This document shows, piece after piece, positions 10,483 through 24,240 of a DNA stretch of 33,018 nt (within the stretch, counting starts at the first letter, position 1; every line of letters starts with the position of its first letter). Position numbers and translations under genes: made by a program. The notes under the pieces are model-generated. The model saw only the letters and a program-made list of their open reading frames with translations. It was not told the origin of the DNA and did no database searches. Where the stretch lies: positions 124,001 through 157,018 of the forward strand of contig JYFJ02000229.1 in the NCBI GenBank assembly GCA_000934665.2. The letters are read 5' to 3'. The stretch comes from Catajapyx aquilonaris (lineage: Eukaryota).

Positions 10483-13400
10483 ACATCGATTTAAAATCAG
10501 ACCTGCTGCTGCTGGAGCTGCACGCAAGGAAAAGCCCCCGCAAGGATGCTACAGAATAATATGCAAACTCGGGCGGCTGCTGGGCTGCAGGCTGGCTTAT
10601 AGTGTCAACCTTGCCTTTACCTGAGCTTCCCCTCTGCTAATGTCATGCCACGGGCTCGGTGGAGGCAAAATCGACGGAGACCAAACTATATGCCCCTATC
10701 AAGTCATGCGCCGAAGTCGCTGGGGACTAACCAGCAGCATCTCCTAGCTGCTACTGAACCTACATGCTCCTAACCAGAGGAGTTGTCGCTTGTCAAGGAC
10801 TTGAAACGGGCTGCAGGCTATCACCTACCGCAAGTGACACATCCACTCAGGCCAGTTTCATTACTTGGCGCTTGGTAACGGTAGATGGCCCACACCCAAA
10901 ATATCACAAGAGGAAGGTGGATTTTGTAACCGCACTATGGGTTTGTCGGAATCATTTTTAATACTCAGAAATATTAAGGGCGAACTTGTGCACAATATTA
11001 TTGTTCGGATTCTTACGAGTTTACTGTAAAACATGTCTGTTATGTAAGGCTGCATTGCAAGGTAGAGAACTATACGACAATGATCCAACACGTTGGGGCA
11101 GAGACATCTTTGGTATTACAGTAAATTCGCTGGAGATCCTACAATCCTGGTTTGTTCCCATCTTATTTCTCTTGCCTGTATACAGTACCTGTGTCAAGTA
11201 CACCACGAGAGATATTCTGTCATTTTATGCGTACAGTACAACAACTTTCAGAGATTCTTGAAATATAGTCCAAACGGCACTCGAGAAAGTTGCATTTTTA
11301 ACAATAACCATGAGAGCATTATTATACACTGTATCCAGTATACTGTTCTTCATTTCAAGATATGTGAAAAAGCCACCACTTATCAGATTTGCATGGCCCT
11401 TCTTTGCAGGAAAAAAACTTCTGTTATTCATCTACTCTCATTCAACCTCACAACCTGTCAGTAAACTACTATTCAAAAGTATATGCTTATTTTATGATGT
11501 AATCTTATAGCGAAACATTTTTTCGCTGTAATAAAATTATCGTTTAAGCTGATGTGTAAATGCGCACATAACTTTTCAGGTAATAGTGCCCTTACGATGT
11601 TACGCGTGTTCTCGTGCAAGGTACCAATGGAAAAGCTTTTAAACTACAGTGGTATAGATGATTCTTGCTAATCCGCCCACTTCAAAGTGTGATACTGAAA
11701 ACAGTTTAAATGTTATTGATCTGAGCGCGTCCTCGATATTTTAAATCCACGTCCAACCTTTAATAAAATATTGCGCTAGGGCTCGTTGAATAGCGTTCTG
11801 TTAAGTGGTAGCAAGCGGTAAAATATGGCCTACAATGAAGCCTGTAGAGTATGTAAACAGTTGATGAACTTTTTCCATTTATTAAACCAGATATTCAACT
11901 TTCGCTACCCCACATTATGGTTCCCACTTGCAACCGGAACAAAAAAGTAATTACCTTTCTGTCCAAATAAAATGCATTCAACGAACATATAACGCAAATA
12001 TCTTTTTGTCACAATATAATTAGACTAACTAGTTGTTTTTTAAAACTACAAATAATGCTTCTGTTGCAGCAGTGGAGCTCAGACACAGTTGGAAAAAAAA
12101 CAATGCGAATTCCCCGAATCTGTGGAGTGGACAGGGCAGTAGGCATGTCAACAACAGCGGCTTTGTCTGTCTCTCCGTTTTTTTCTGTGAAGTCCTGCTG
12201 CAGCAAATCTCCGGAATCAAATCAACCCCCAGCATGCGGGTTTGTAAAAAGCCTAAAATAACAACAGCCTGCGCAAAGGACACGCCTGGACAAACGAAAG
12301 CATGCTGTCGCTCCACTCAGACGAGATTGTCGGAGATTAATGAAGTCGCATTCGATATATGCGTGCACGTCCATTCATTTTTTTTTTTACAATATCACGT
12401 TCCTTACATATTCTTGCATCGGTTGACTTCTTGTCGTACTGATCGATATGGATTGTGAAATTGATTGCTTCATTCCCTGTTCCAGACTCATCTCCAATTC
12501 CCCCACCTAGGCTTCCATTTTTATCCATGGGAGTAAGAAACCGGAGACATGATGCGCATCTCCATGTCAGATGACATTCAGAATTTTTCGTTCTTGCATT
12601 TGCTGATCCGCTTCTAAACTCCCTCTCCCCCCCTCTTTTTCTCTCTCCTTTTCTTCTCCCCCCTCTCCCTCTTTGGCGTCAACACCATTTTCCCTCCGTT
12701 CAAGTCGAGAAAGTTGGAGATATGAGACGGGTGACCGACAGGCGCCAATTCGACGACTGACACTGCCTAACGAACAGAATCAAACTCTAGATGCCTTGGG
12801 CTGAGTGCGCTGTCAAGACTTCACAGATTCCAACATTATGCTGTCAGTGGCCTTCTTAGAGTCTAGGGTGGGGTAGGGGGACAAGGAATTGGGGAACAGC
12901 GTTTTCTCATTTTTTCTCCATCCCCCACCACCCCCCACCAATAGGGATCGGATTGGATCACCATCTTCCAAGTTTCAATTTACCCTATTCGCCAATATCT
13001 TTCCGTCTGCAGGACACTGACAAGGTGGGACAGCCGCCATGATTTTTAGGATGGCGCGCTTTTTGAATGGCAATTGCGACAGATATCTTAGAAAGAGGCC
13101 AGAGGGAAATTTTCCAAGAGTGACCTTGCAAAACAAACACCGCAAATGGAATTCGGGGGGTGTATACGACCACGAAGGAATTCCAATTACCGGGCTGGGA
13201 GGAAGCGGCGTTTTGCACTGCTTTTGCACCAAGTCTTTCCCCTTGCTCGCGTGCTGTGTTGAGGCAAACTCACCAACCCGGTTTTGGCAACACGCGGGAG
13301 ACGTAAAATCTTCTATTGATCTGGGGGCTACAAGCTCTCCACTGTGAAAATTCCCATCCCATCCCATCCTCCCCTCCCAAAACCTCCTCCTTAGGGAACG

Positions 13401-13794
13401 AAGGCAGACAAGTTTGAATAGGAAGTTCAGCGTCTCGTTGACGCTGCAGGAGTTCAGCATTAATTTGCGTCTTTCTGCCGCGCCACTTCTTCTCCAGAAT
13501 TCCAAAAAGTTAAATGGTTTCCCCCCAGTCGGCCCAACAAGCAAAATCTCCCAATGGTACACAATTTGCGCAGTGATGCATCCGACACTGTTTGCGACGG
13601 GGCGCAGAGATTACGCCGCTGCTTCGTCCGACAATGCAGAAAATTAAAACGCCTTTTTTCCAGAGAGTTTTTGGGAAGGGAGATGCTAGGAAGGGTGGGG
13701 GGTGTATATATGATACTGTGTATAAAAAGGCAAAGCGAAGCTGTTGGCACGTCGCAACTCTGCTGCGAGCCTCTTCAAATCAAGCTAATAATCT

Positions 13795-13821
13795 GGGGGG
13801 GGGNAGAGAGAGAGAGAGAGA
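13795..13821. repeat. G9 run, an N, then (AG)8 microsatellite
   Basis: Read directly. The N at 13804 means the length is uncertain. Confidence 0.9.
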
Positions 13822-16483
13822 AAGAAACGCCCGCCAACTGTTTCCACTCTTTTCTAACGCGCTCGCCTTTTCATAATGAAATTCCGTTGTATGTATGCAG
13901 AGCACTATCCCTGAGGGCTGCTAGGGGTACGAGACTGAGGGAGAAGGACGCCTACAGAGCCAGTTTTGGTCTTTATCGGCCAACTGTGGGGACGTTGCGC
14001 GACGCCCATTTCGCGGCCATGACTTGGCTCTACCATGTACTGCACATTGCACTCCATCATCCGCGATTGTGTCTGCTTGCGATGCTTGCGTGCATCCGGT
14101 CGCAAATGCAACTTGGCTAAATATTGTTTGTGAAAGTGCCTGGCTTGTTAGGCCCAGGGCCATCCAACTCCGAGCAGCGTCGACAGTCACGTTCTGGAAG
14201 GAGGTTGTCACCGCTATCCTATCCGTATCCTAGCTGACAAGCTTGCAGATGTCTTATTAGAACAATCTATATCCTGGGCATGCAGGAGAAATCCACGTTG
14301 TGAACCTATATAGTGTATGACCACGACATGCAATAGCAACTGGCCCTAAATATTGCAATTGGTTAATCCGGTTAATTGGTTAACAATTTTTTTAAATGCA
14401 TTGTTAGTTTATATAACAGGATTTTAGTATAGTACAAGAGTGTATGGCAATTCTACATTGTGAAGGATTTCAAAAGAGAGAAATAAAGACTAAAGTTTCG
14501 CTGCCTTTTCATATTCGCCACGACACACTTTTCCCTTTAGAACAATAGACTTTTCAGATACTTGCATGTCATAAAAATAATCAAGGTAAAACAATGTGAT
14601 TCGCTATTCTATTCAACCTCACAAAATGAGTTTGCTCGCTTTTTAGCAGTAAGTATTCGCTTGGATGCTGAATAGGTACCCTAACTTTTTCGTTCACTAT
14701 CATTGCAACTAGGTCGAATTTTGAAAAATCGCTGGTGACAGTGTCAGTTCGTTCTCCTTCTGTCCGAATATATTTTCAGGCTTTCTTCTGGAATATTAAT
14801 AGTCCAATATGATGCTTTTTTTTGTAGAAAAGCGATAATTTTCCTCAGGCTTGACTCTGGAAGGGTCTAAAGATGTTGAGTCTGTGAATAATAATAGTGT
14901 GTCCTATCAGAATATTTACAGTATTATCGTATCCGTTATTCCTCCAGCACATACATTTTACGCAAATATTGTTATTTATAATTATCACACATTTTATTTA
15001 CCTTTTCACAATAGGACAAAACTGCACTGAAACACGGCATTCGGAAATCAGTGGTGTTGATAATTAACTTACTGGCGATTATTAGTGTATACTGACTTAA
15101 CCGATACCGATACTTTGACAAATCACTGCCTAAAAGCAAACTTTTGTACAGTCCATTACTAGTATGACCTACCTTAACTGAACATTGCAATCTTTGTACT
15201 AATATTACAACCAGCATTTTGGAAAGAAACCATTATTTGACAACGTCCATTTTCATTCCCCATATTTCTTCGCCCGAAATCACTCCGAAGAAAAGACGTT
15301 CTCACCAGCTGTTTCTGAGCAAGAACATGCATATATAAGCGTGGCGCCTATGCCACATGACGTCAATTTTTTCCCCTATAAGAGGCGCCTTGTAGTGCAG
15401 CACGCACGCATTTCGAGATCTCTCCTCGCCCAATCCATCGTCGACACAAAGAAAACGCTGGGCATAGATGGGTCTCCATTTTTCTCGCAGGCTCTTGGAC
15501 ACTTTTGGATGCAGATGGTAAGCCTATTCCCCACCGCAAATAGAACTTGGTAACTAGCAGGGCCCCCCTGATAAGGTATCAGACGCCTGTTTCCTGACAG
15601 CCTCACTTGACAGGACCATAAAGTAGGTACAGGGGACTCTTAGATACTGCTGCATTCAGCTAGGTATTCAGCTCACGTTTGACAAGCTTCTCGGTGGTTA
15701 GAGCCACTCCTGCCTAGAACACATCTTCTGCAGCAAAATAAAAGAGAAACGGGGAAAAAGCGGCAATCCTCACTCTGAATAAATAACGTCTCCCTCTAGC
15801 ACCACCATTTCTTTTTATTCTGCGTGGGAACCTTCCATATGTGTGCATTTAGGACCCCCCTCCCACTCTATGACTAAAACCATCATTTGGCATAACCAAT
15901 AGGCCCACCGACGGGGTTATAAATAAAAGTAATGGCTTCCTCCAAAACCACAAAATCTGATCGTCCATATCAAACAGCGTCTGTGATTAATGCGCGCAGG
16001 CTGCGCGGGTTTTAACCCTCATATCCGTACAAATGTAAATCATCACATTCCACCCAATCTCGGCTCATCAAAGAGCAGCCCGGAAAAACCGGTTAGGTTT
16101 TCATTAATTATTTATGTTGTCTGCTGACTTTAAAAAAGCCCTTGTTGCGTCAAAACTTTCCCACCCGGTTTTATCCATAGATTTGTACTCATATTTGCGT
16201 GTTGTTGGGTGTGAATCCTACCTGAATAGAGAGGGGTATGAAGCTGATTAGAATTTGAACTTTGGCTGTTCAGTTATCATTACATTCATTTCCATGTTAG
16301 AAAAGGTGACGTTTTAGTTCGTAAAGTGGAAAATGTCAAACCTGGTTCATAATGAGGCACAAAATAATTGCACGTTACTCTATTATGCGGACGTATAATA
16401 TGGGACTATTTTCCCGACAATGATATAATGCAACTCCGCTCTTCTCTGAATAGCATAAGAGTTGAAGGTGGAGAATGAGAGAG

Positions 16484-16843
16484 GACAACAGTCCTCTGTT
16501 AACATTTCAAGAGGGCCCAAGGCTGCAGGGGATGCAGTTTATTCAGGCAACGCTGCAGTAACTTTACCGTGCAGCATAGTTTTAATGTTAATCAACAAAA
16601 TAGCACTGAGATCAGGGTCAGAGTCTCCTCCGATAATTTATTATACCTATATGCCCTTCTAATTACGGTGGCTGCCTTTTGGTCACCGACTTAGAGGCTA
16701 CCTGATCGAAGTCTCGTCTAATCCACTCCAGGACTAGTAAGGATGATGTTTTAAGGCACACCGATCTTCGCGGAATATTGAAAGTTGATGGCGGATTATG
16801 TAGACAACAATTAAGCCTCTGTTAACATTTCAAGCTGGCCCAA
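16484..16843. repeat. Dispersed direct repeat pair (~37-41 bp, 323 bp apart)
   Basis: CCTCTGTTAACATTTCAAG is identical at 16493-16511 and 16816-16834. Both copies are preceded by GACAACA and followed by GGCCCAA. Confidence 0.85.
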
Positions 16844-19409
16844 TCAAATGTATTGGTACTGACAGAATCACGACCTACATGATATAAAGATAAATAAAAA
16901 GATATTTCAAAATTACACCACACGCAAAAATGTATTATTGAAAAATGCCAAAATAATTTGATGATTATGGCAATTAATCTAGTTTATAGGTCTATCACTG
17001 CATGATTGTGTTTCACGAAAGCGTGACTTCCCCGAGGCAATCTGCTATCACATATACACATAGTTGTCAATCCTGTGTAGTGTACGCCCTGCCCATTTAA
17101 ACCATTTAGTGTTTGGAAACAGAGTAATCCCCCAATAAATTAGTCAGAATATTTATCGAACTATCACTACAAAATTGATCATAAAGTGCATGAGAAGATA
17201 GCTTTGAGCGCTAGTAGAAACCGCGAGGTCTCCAAACCCCCGCGAGAAACAAGACTTGAACTCCCCAAGCCCTGCGAAATCCATCCTCCTCCCCCCCCCC
17301 NCTACCCCGCCCCATTCTAAAGGTACAACGTTAATTCGGTGAAAACTGTCTACATTAGCTCGGCGGCCTCATTATGTATATAAATGATTCCATCTCCACG
17401 ACAAATTGCCATGGTGTGCACCCGCTAATAGAATTTTAATAGATAACACAGGCGAAGATACCCTGGTAATGTTCATGCTACCCCTGCGAACTTGAGCATG
17501 CAGCGCCGCTTGTCAGGGTTTGACAGAACCTTAGAAAATAAGTCAACCGTTTTCATTCTTATGTCATCAGTAGCGGGTGGCTCGGTTGTTCTGTACTCTT
17601 AGGGCTCCCAGGACAAATTGATGAAACAAGAGGACCCGAGTTCATTTCATTCCCTAGTCACGCGGGCATTAATGAGTGCAAGTGCACTCACTACCTCGGG
17701 CTTGGAAAGTTTGCTACTTGACCCGCGGGGTTCGCCCTGTTCACTGCCGGGATCATTGGGCTTGGCTAGCCGGCTGGGTGGTAGGGAGGACAATAATGGA
17801 ACCATTCTACATACGAGCCAGGAGAAAATCATTTTGTGAGCAAAAAAAAAAAGTTTCGTGTGAAGCATGTAACAGGCGTTAAACAAGTCTGTTAGTATCC
17901 AGCAGGTAGCATTTGTGCTGGTTATTATCAATATTTGCGGCATTTTCAAACGCGATGCAAGATCTGGGAAACACAATGTATTAGGCCAGCCACACGCGTG
18001 TGGTCATTAATAATGATTATTAAACGTGCTGGAATGTTTTTCTGATGTGGCTACAAAAATATGTATAAAAGGGCTTTGTGTCGTCCAAAAAAGTGGAAAT
18101 TTTTCCCCCTGCCGAGCGATACTACGAATTTAAAAAATAGCTAAAATTCGAGTCACGGCGTGTTGGCTAATAATAACGCGCAGTTTTAAATTGCAATCAA
18201 AATTTCACTCAACTTTTTTTTCCCACTTCCTACTTTTTGGTCTAAAATCAGGGCCTGGAAAGTAAGTTGGTGTCAGATCGGCACCTGGCCGCCCTCGTTT
18301 TCGATGCGCTCAAAATTCATGTCCGCGTGTCAGAAAAAGAGCGGCTCCATCTCTCATATTCCGGGCCCAAAAACTTGGCAAAGGCAATTGGAAATGTGGG
18401 AGGTGGAAACACTTTTAGATTCCCAACAACACCAGGATGACTGTTATGTTTCTGCGGCAAAAGGTCGGATCTGGCAAGGGCACAGCAGTCAACACCAGCC
18501 GTCCGAAACTCTTGCTATAATTATTACCTGTGAAATATAGAGACTCTAAGTGTGGGCGCGTCGGTGTCATATCTGTGCCGCACATGTAAATCATAAAGAC
18601 AGGATTAGTGGTAGGAAACAGGTCGAGCCACTCGCGCTCTAATGAATATGGGGGCAAAAATAGATGCTGTAAGGAAAAGGAAATTCCAGGAGTGTCACTG
18701 GAGTGTCATCTTTTTCGCACCAAAATATGTGTTAAATTTTTAAAAATACATTTGTTAAATTTTACTTCAATTTCTATTGTAGTTTTTGATGTGGTGATGT
18801 GTTTTGGCCGGGAACATTGCTTTCGAGTTCTTCAGGGTATGTATTTATATATCACTTGGGCTGTTGAGCTTGGAGTCTCACTTTATATCCACAACGATTA
18901 ACTAACAAGCCCACCGTAGAAACACAAACACCATTCAGTACGTTCTTCGCAGGTGGGACCATAACTTACGGATAGAGAGGCATAATGGACCTTGTGTTTC
19001 ATAACCTGCAAGTTGGTGCACATACGTATTTCAGTTTATGTGCAGCACTCGAAACGCTATTTTAGAGTATGACCATTCAAATGCATTACCGTACTACATT
19101 TCCTCTCTCAAGCGCATTTTTAAAATATAAAAATGCCAGAAGTACTTTTAGAACTAAGCTACAGACTATTTCAACCTAAAAGGCTCGTGCCTGACGCTGT
19201 GAACTGAACTACACACTCGTAATTTCAGGAACTATACGAACAGCAGGTATTGTCGGTTTAAAAAGGTACGGACACACCCAAGCTCTTTATGCATCACTAC
19301 AAAATACTCTAGGCCAATCACCTTCCAAAGCAGAGGGCGTGACCAGGACAGGTAATAGGCTACTCGGAAATACTACTATATAGTGTCATTTAGCCTGAAT
19401 GCAACAGTA

Positions 19410-19770
19410 AGTTCCAGTCATATGAAAGTAAGTTTTTTAAAAAAATCTGCAACAGGTATTTTGTGCGTCATTCCTAATTCATATTATTCGAGATTATTTT
19501 TCCTTAATATTGTTGTTACACCAGGTCCTATAAGTGGGGACACTATCAGTAAAGCGCTATTTAAAATAGTGACGCCAATAGGAGCCTGAGGGAATAAATG
19601 TTCTGGTTGAAAATATATGGGCTATAAATAGTACCGCATGTAAATTTAATTTGATCCAAGGATGCCATAATAAAAAAATAGGCCACGTCGGTAGTAACAG
19701 AAATGTCTATAAATACACCTTTTACGCGTATAAGGCAGCAAGGTAGCCTTTAAAAATATTTGCATCGACG
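19410..19770 (+). mobile_element. Decayed non-LTR (RTE-like) reverse transcriptase fragment
   Basis: MKVSFLKKSATGILCV..SRLF..VTPGPISGDTISKALFKIV resembles the RT motif GVRQGDxISPxLF. After a frameshift, EGINVLVENIWAINSTACKFNLI resembles GINIxGxxLxxLRYADDIVLI. Confidence 0.55.
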
Positions 19771-21240
19771 TGTTCAACGAGCGGAAACCACGAACAAAAC
19801 ATGTACACTATACCTATGGTCCTATGCTATAACATAATATCCAGAATAACCCGAACAATATTATGATCCAGGGGAATATGATGCTATGAATGCCAACCTA
19901 TACACAGCATCACACCTCCTGCCTTACAATATGGGTCATTTTCTGGCAGCACTTCCATGCTCTCTGTCACCTACTCTCCTGTAATATACACGGTATACAG
20001 TACCCTCATCCTACAATAATATAGGAACCTAGGCGGGAACTGAGCAACTCAAGATAATGAACCTTCTGCACCAGACACCAACCAAAACAACAGTGGAAAC
20101 CGTCTCCTCCTCGGCCGCCAGTTGTTGCATTTGAACATGGCATTGTGAACCCTGAACTTATCATGTTCTAATTTAGTGAGCAGGCATGGTGTGTATTTTG
20201 AAAGCAGGATAATAATTGGGTAAAAAATTCTCTGAGCAGACCAGATTGGAGGCATGGATGCTTGACGGGCTGATGAAATTGGCAATCAGGCATGCAGAAA
20301 GAAAAGCGGGGAAACACATGCAGACAGTTGATATATATTATAGCACGCATAGATGTGTTCAATTGTGCAGTATCCATTCTAATGGAGTAGTAAGAATGAT
20401 GATGCGAGTACATCTCCAGCTGCAGTACATTATGTGGGCAGAAGCAGGCAGGCATAGAGCTTGCTGGGAGCAAGCACGCACACCAATTCCTTTATGAGCT
20501 GAGCCCTCTAGCTATTTAGCTTAACACACATTCGCTATCTGTTATTGAGTATGCTAATTATTTCGGCAGGCTCCAATTTGGTCGATTTCAAATTAAATCT
20601 GTACCAACGGGAGTTTGCCAATGCCGCTAATACATTTTAGCATCTCTTGATCAAATAGTGCGGTACGGCAATTTTGTATGACGGCTATAGACACTATAGG
20701 CGCAGCACAGAAATGTACACAGTCCACTTTGTTCAGCCTGTAATGGAATACTATTTCAATAATGAGCGGAAAAGGCTGAGGGAAAAAAATCACTCACGCA
20801 CTCATCATTCCCTGGCGTATAGTTTTGTACCGTAGGCTGCTGAAGAACAGTTTGAAAACTTCAAATTGATGTTGGCAGGTTACGAGACCGATCTAGCTCC
20901 AGGCGCTCTCTTTACTAGATGAGATATTGTAAAGACTACTGTCTGCAACATGGGGCACTAGCTTTTTTATTCCTTCCTTCCTTCCTTTCCTTACTTACTC
21001 CCCTCCTTCCTGTATCGGGAACTCTTTTATTTACCGACTATTTTCAAAAGAGACCTTGTTAACCTGGGGCTAAAAAGGAAGAAGTAAACAGCGTCGCTCT
21101 CCAGGCTCAGATTAGTTGGTAATAAATTAAAAGAAGTTTAATCAACTCCGGCTAAGGCAGCGCAAGCCAAACATTATTTAAATTTAAATCAGCTGCTTTT
21201 GCAGTATTTAATACGCAACTTTAAGCTCCAAGATAATTAT

Positions 21241-21504
21241 ATAATATATTTACCCCGTGATAGGGCGGAGCCCTTTTAGGGGGGAAGGGGAGGGCGCTGT
21301 GCGGTAGTCATTTCTGACATTCTTTAAACACCAGGCCTTTTCTCCTGGCCCTGGGCAGAGTAGAGAGTGCAATTCTGCCCCGGCATGTCGGGTGAAAAGC
21401 GGAAAAAGACCCGGCCAAGCAGAGATGACGGGGACGGGATTTGAACCCCCGGCTTCCCGCTTGGCTGGCCAGTGGCGTACCCACCAGACCACTATGCCTC
21501 CCCA
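21241..21504 (-). mobile_element. tRNA-derived SINE (tRNA-Gly(GCC)-like head), full length with 13-bp TSD
   Basis: A box TGGTCTGGTGG (21481-21491) and B box GGTTCAAATCC (21437-21447). The head GCATAGTGGTCTGGTGG..CTGGCCAGCCAAGCGGG..GGGTTCAAATCCCG resembles tRNA-Gly(GCC), and there is an AT-rich tail. A perfect direct repeat CCAAGATAATTAT lies at 21228-21240 and 21505-21517. Confidence 0.9.
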
Positions 21505-23765
21505 CCAAGATAATTATTATATTGTACCTAAACTGTACATAATTTACCACATATGCATTTCAGGATTTATAAGAAACTGCGATCATTAAAATTGCACAGT
21601 GTGTTTTCTTCAGATTCAGAGATGCTGGCAGCCCACAATAATATTGTTGTGAGATTTTGAAAAATATACTCCCTATACTGTATACAGCGTTAGTTACAAC
21701 AGAACTGTTACTGTGCTTACAGTACAAGAGAAATCCACCAAATAAAATATAAAAAACAAGTTTCGAGAAAATGCAAAGCAAATATTGCACTTGTTTGAAT
21801 GATATAGTGACGACAAAAAATTATGGCTTTCTGGCTTGTTATGAATCTTGAGCACTAAATGGACTTCACTAGGCGATAGAGCAGAAAATGTGCTCCATAG
21901 CAAGAACCTCAAAACCGCCAAAAGTGTGTTTCTCATATAAGACTGTATATGAATAACTTAACTGCTTACCCTTCCTTCCCCCCCCTAAGGCAACGCTAAT
22001 TGGTGAATGGAACGTCGTGAAGGTTTGGAGCATCCTACAGGCTTTACGCATCACAATAAACTTTCGTTCATGAGGCAAGCCTTACCCACTATTCTCCATT
22101 TTATTGGAAAAATACAATGATATGAACATAAATATTTTTTTATAGTTATCCTTATCCCACCAATGTCTCTATCACCATTTCTTCTAGTCTAAACACTACA
22201 ACCTTGTCCACATCCTGCAATTTATCTGACAACCTGGCCTGTCCCACAAGCAGGTAAGCCTATAAAACACCACCTAAATAGCCGTCTACATAGACGGCAT
22301 TCCAACAAAACACATAAGTTTTACGAGTGAAAATGGCGTAGAAGTGCAGACTATCAAGCTCCTAATGGAGATAGACCGAGGGAGCAGGCAAATTGAAATA
22401 AATGGCTGCGTCGATGAAAGGAAGTAGGGAAGAAACAAACCCATCCTCCCCCACCCTCCTGTTCGATCGACGGAGATGATCGCACAATTCGGGAGGCAAA
22501 TGTGCGAAACGCTGGTCCGTAATGATCACAAAGGTTGTTCCTCTCTCTTTTTCATCCCGCAGTAAGTTCTCCCCGTTTCTTTCATCCGAGTCTGCCGGGT
22601 TTCGACCATGGAAGGAAAGAGACACATAGACAGACACACCAGGCCACGTCGCGCTTCATGGATCAACATGCAGAAAGCCGAAGGGTCCCGCCGCACCCAA
22701 GATGACAGTAACGGTGTGCTTAGAGTTGAAATATCGCAGAGCTGGCGAAAAGTGGTCTTCTTTCATGATGGATAATATCACCCGCGAGGCCTCTGGGTTT
22801 TATGGAAACTTATTGAAGCTATATGTCTCAAAGCGAACATATTTAAAAAAAACAAGTGATATTTAGCGCCTTATAAAACTTGCTGATTAATTTTATTTTA
22901 AAATTGGTATACTTTGTTTGCACACTTTCTTTTCCGGGTTCCGTTACGGGAGGTGAATTTAGATGCACTTTCCTGCTTTGTAATTAGCGAACATTTTGTG
23001 TGCGCAGGTTATTTGACCTAATTATCTGAGTCCGATGGGTATTCAGATAACAAAATTAGTACACAAATAAGGCAAGGCTGTCAAATCTGCTTTTATAATT
23101 TTGCATGTTAAAATTTTTAATCATAAACGTACATTACTCTTTGTAGCGGCGCCACAATTTGACCAAAACAACATCGACCCATTTCAGCAACTTGTTTAGA
23201 ATCGATGTTGTGTAGCAGATATTCACACCTTGACGAGTCAAGCGGAATTTGCGATCGCAGTCAATGTTCATAAACAAACAACTGGCACAACATTTCAATG
23301 CTCTCTGTTACGTATGTTCTGCAGTTTCCGTATTTGTAATAATACGGTTTTAACATTTTTACTGCAATAGACATGGCATACGTATATGGCTTGGAGAATA
23401 GCATGTAACCGGCAGAATTTTTTCCTCTTCTCCCAGGTCCGATAGTGGACCCTTATCGATTGTGATGTCAAAAGGAAATTAATTTTGAGGAACCGGTCTC
23501 TCAGAATGTCAGGTTCCCATGAGAACATATTGCATGACAGTTTTTCGTCTAATTTCGTGTAACCTCCGATAAAGTGAAGATATTAAAAAAGTCAAATTCG
23601 TCAGTTCATAACGATGCACGTCTATATCAACATTAATTCCGAGGCTCTCTTGTTTTATCGTGAACACTGGAGTGAATAAATCATTCCCATCCACAGTGTT
23701 CCTAAATAAAGATCTTAATCTGCATCATCAAACACAAGTGCAAGAATAAGACAAAAAAAAACACT

Positions 23766-23860
23766 TCAACTTGGCTTTATCGCGTCCTCCATTGTCCATA
23801 CCATGTTTGAGTATTTTGGCCACAGACACGCAATGTTCCAACGTTCCATGACATGAGTCA
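23766..23860 (-). mobile_element. Possible decayed LINE APE-endonuclease N-terminus
   Basis: SWNVGTLRVCG followed, after a frameshift, by KILKHGMD resembles RTE TWNVRTLxxxGKLxxLKxEM. Downstream endonuclease motifs were not recovered. Confidence 0.3.
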
Positions 23861-24029
23861 CTCGTGAGCTGAGGAAATGTTGGCAATTTGGAGGGCTTTC
23901 TTCATCTACAAGTGAGATCCGAGATAAACGGACTCTTGCAATATTAACAGGGACAATGTCAGCAAAGAAGAAGCCTTGTACGTACTGAACGAACAACACT
24001 GCATGTGTGCAACAAGCAGAATATATAAC

Positions 24030-24240
24030 ATTAACCTTTATCTAATTGGCTTATTTTTGGCTCCACGTTATCTTCGTATAAAAATTCATAGTCGTGATCC
24101 TGCCTTTTAATAATTCAAAATTAGCGGTTATGTGTCAAGTTGCAGAAGGCTGGACGATTACAGGACACTACAGGCATAAACTGTTATTTAGCAGATACGG
24201 AATGTTGATACGAGAGCTATCATATAAATTACACGACCTT
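24030..24240 (+). mobile_element. Decayed RTE LINE fragment
   Basis: LRIKIH / VVILP .. AEGWTITGHYRHKLL..MLIRELSYKLHD resembles KIKIYxxVILPxxLYGAExWTLT..KL..ExxxLRRI....D. Confidence 0.5.

Noticed and set aside
10975..11595. Possible TTAA-flanked element (TAAGGGC ... GCCCTTA)
   Set aside because: Only a 7-bp inverted match, and the right TTAA is imperfect.
12975..14120. The longest ORFs (195 aa on minus, 188 aa on plus)
   Set aside because: No recognisable domain and atypical composition. They overlap many other ORFs in GC-rich DNA, and one runs through a G-run/N/(AG)n repeat.
18064..18070. TATAAAA box
   Set aside because: No initiator or downstream exon support. The motif is expected by chance.
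18740..18900. RT-like segment (HCFRVLQGMYLYITWAVEL)
   Set aside because: A single weak motif with no convincing QG or YADD motif following.
21430..21504. Functional tRNA gene
   Set aside because: The acceptor and anticodon stems do not pair properly, and the sequence continues into a SINE body bounded by TSDs.
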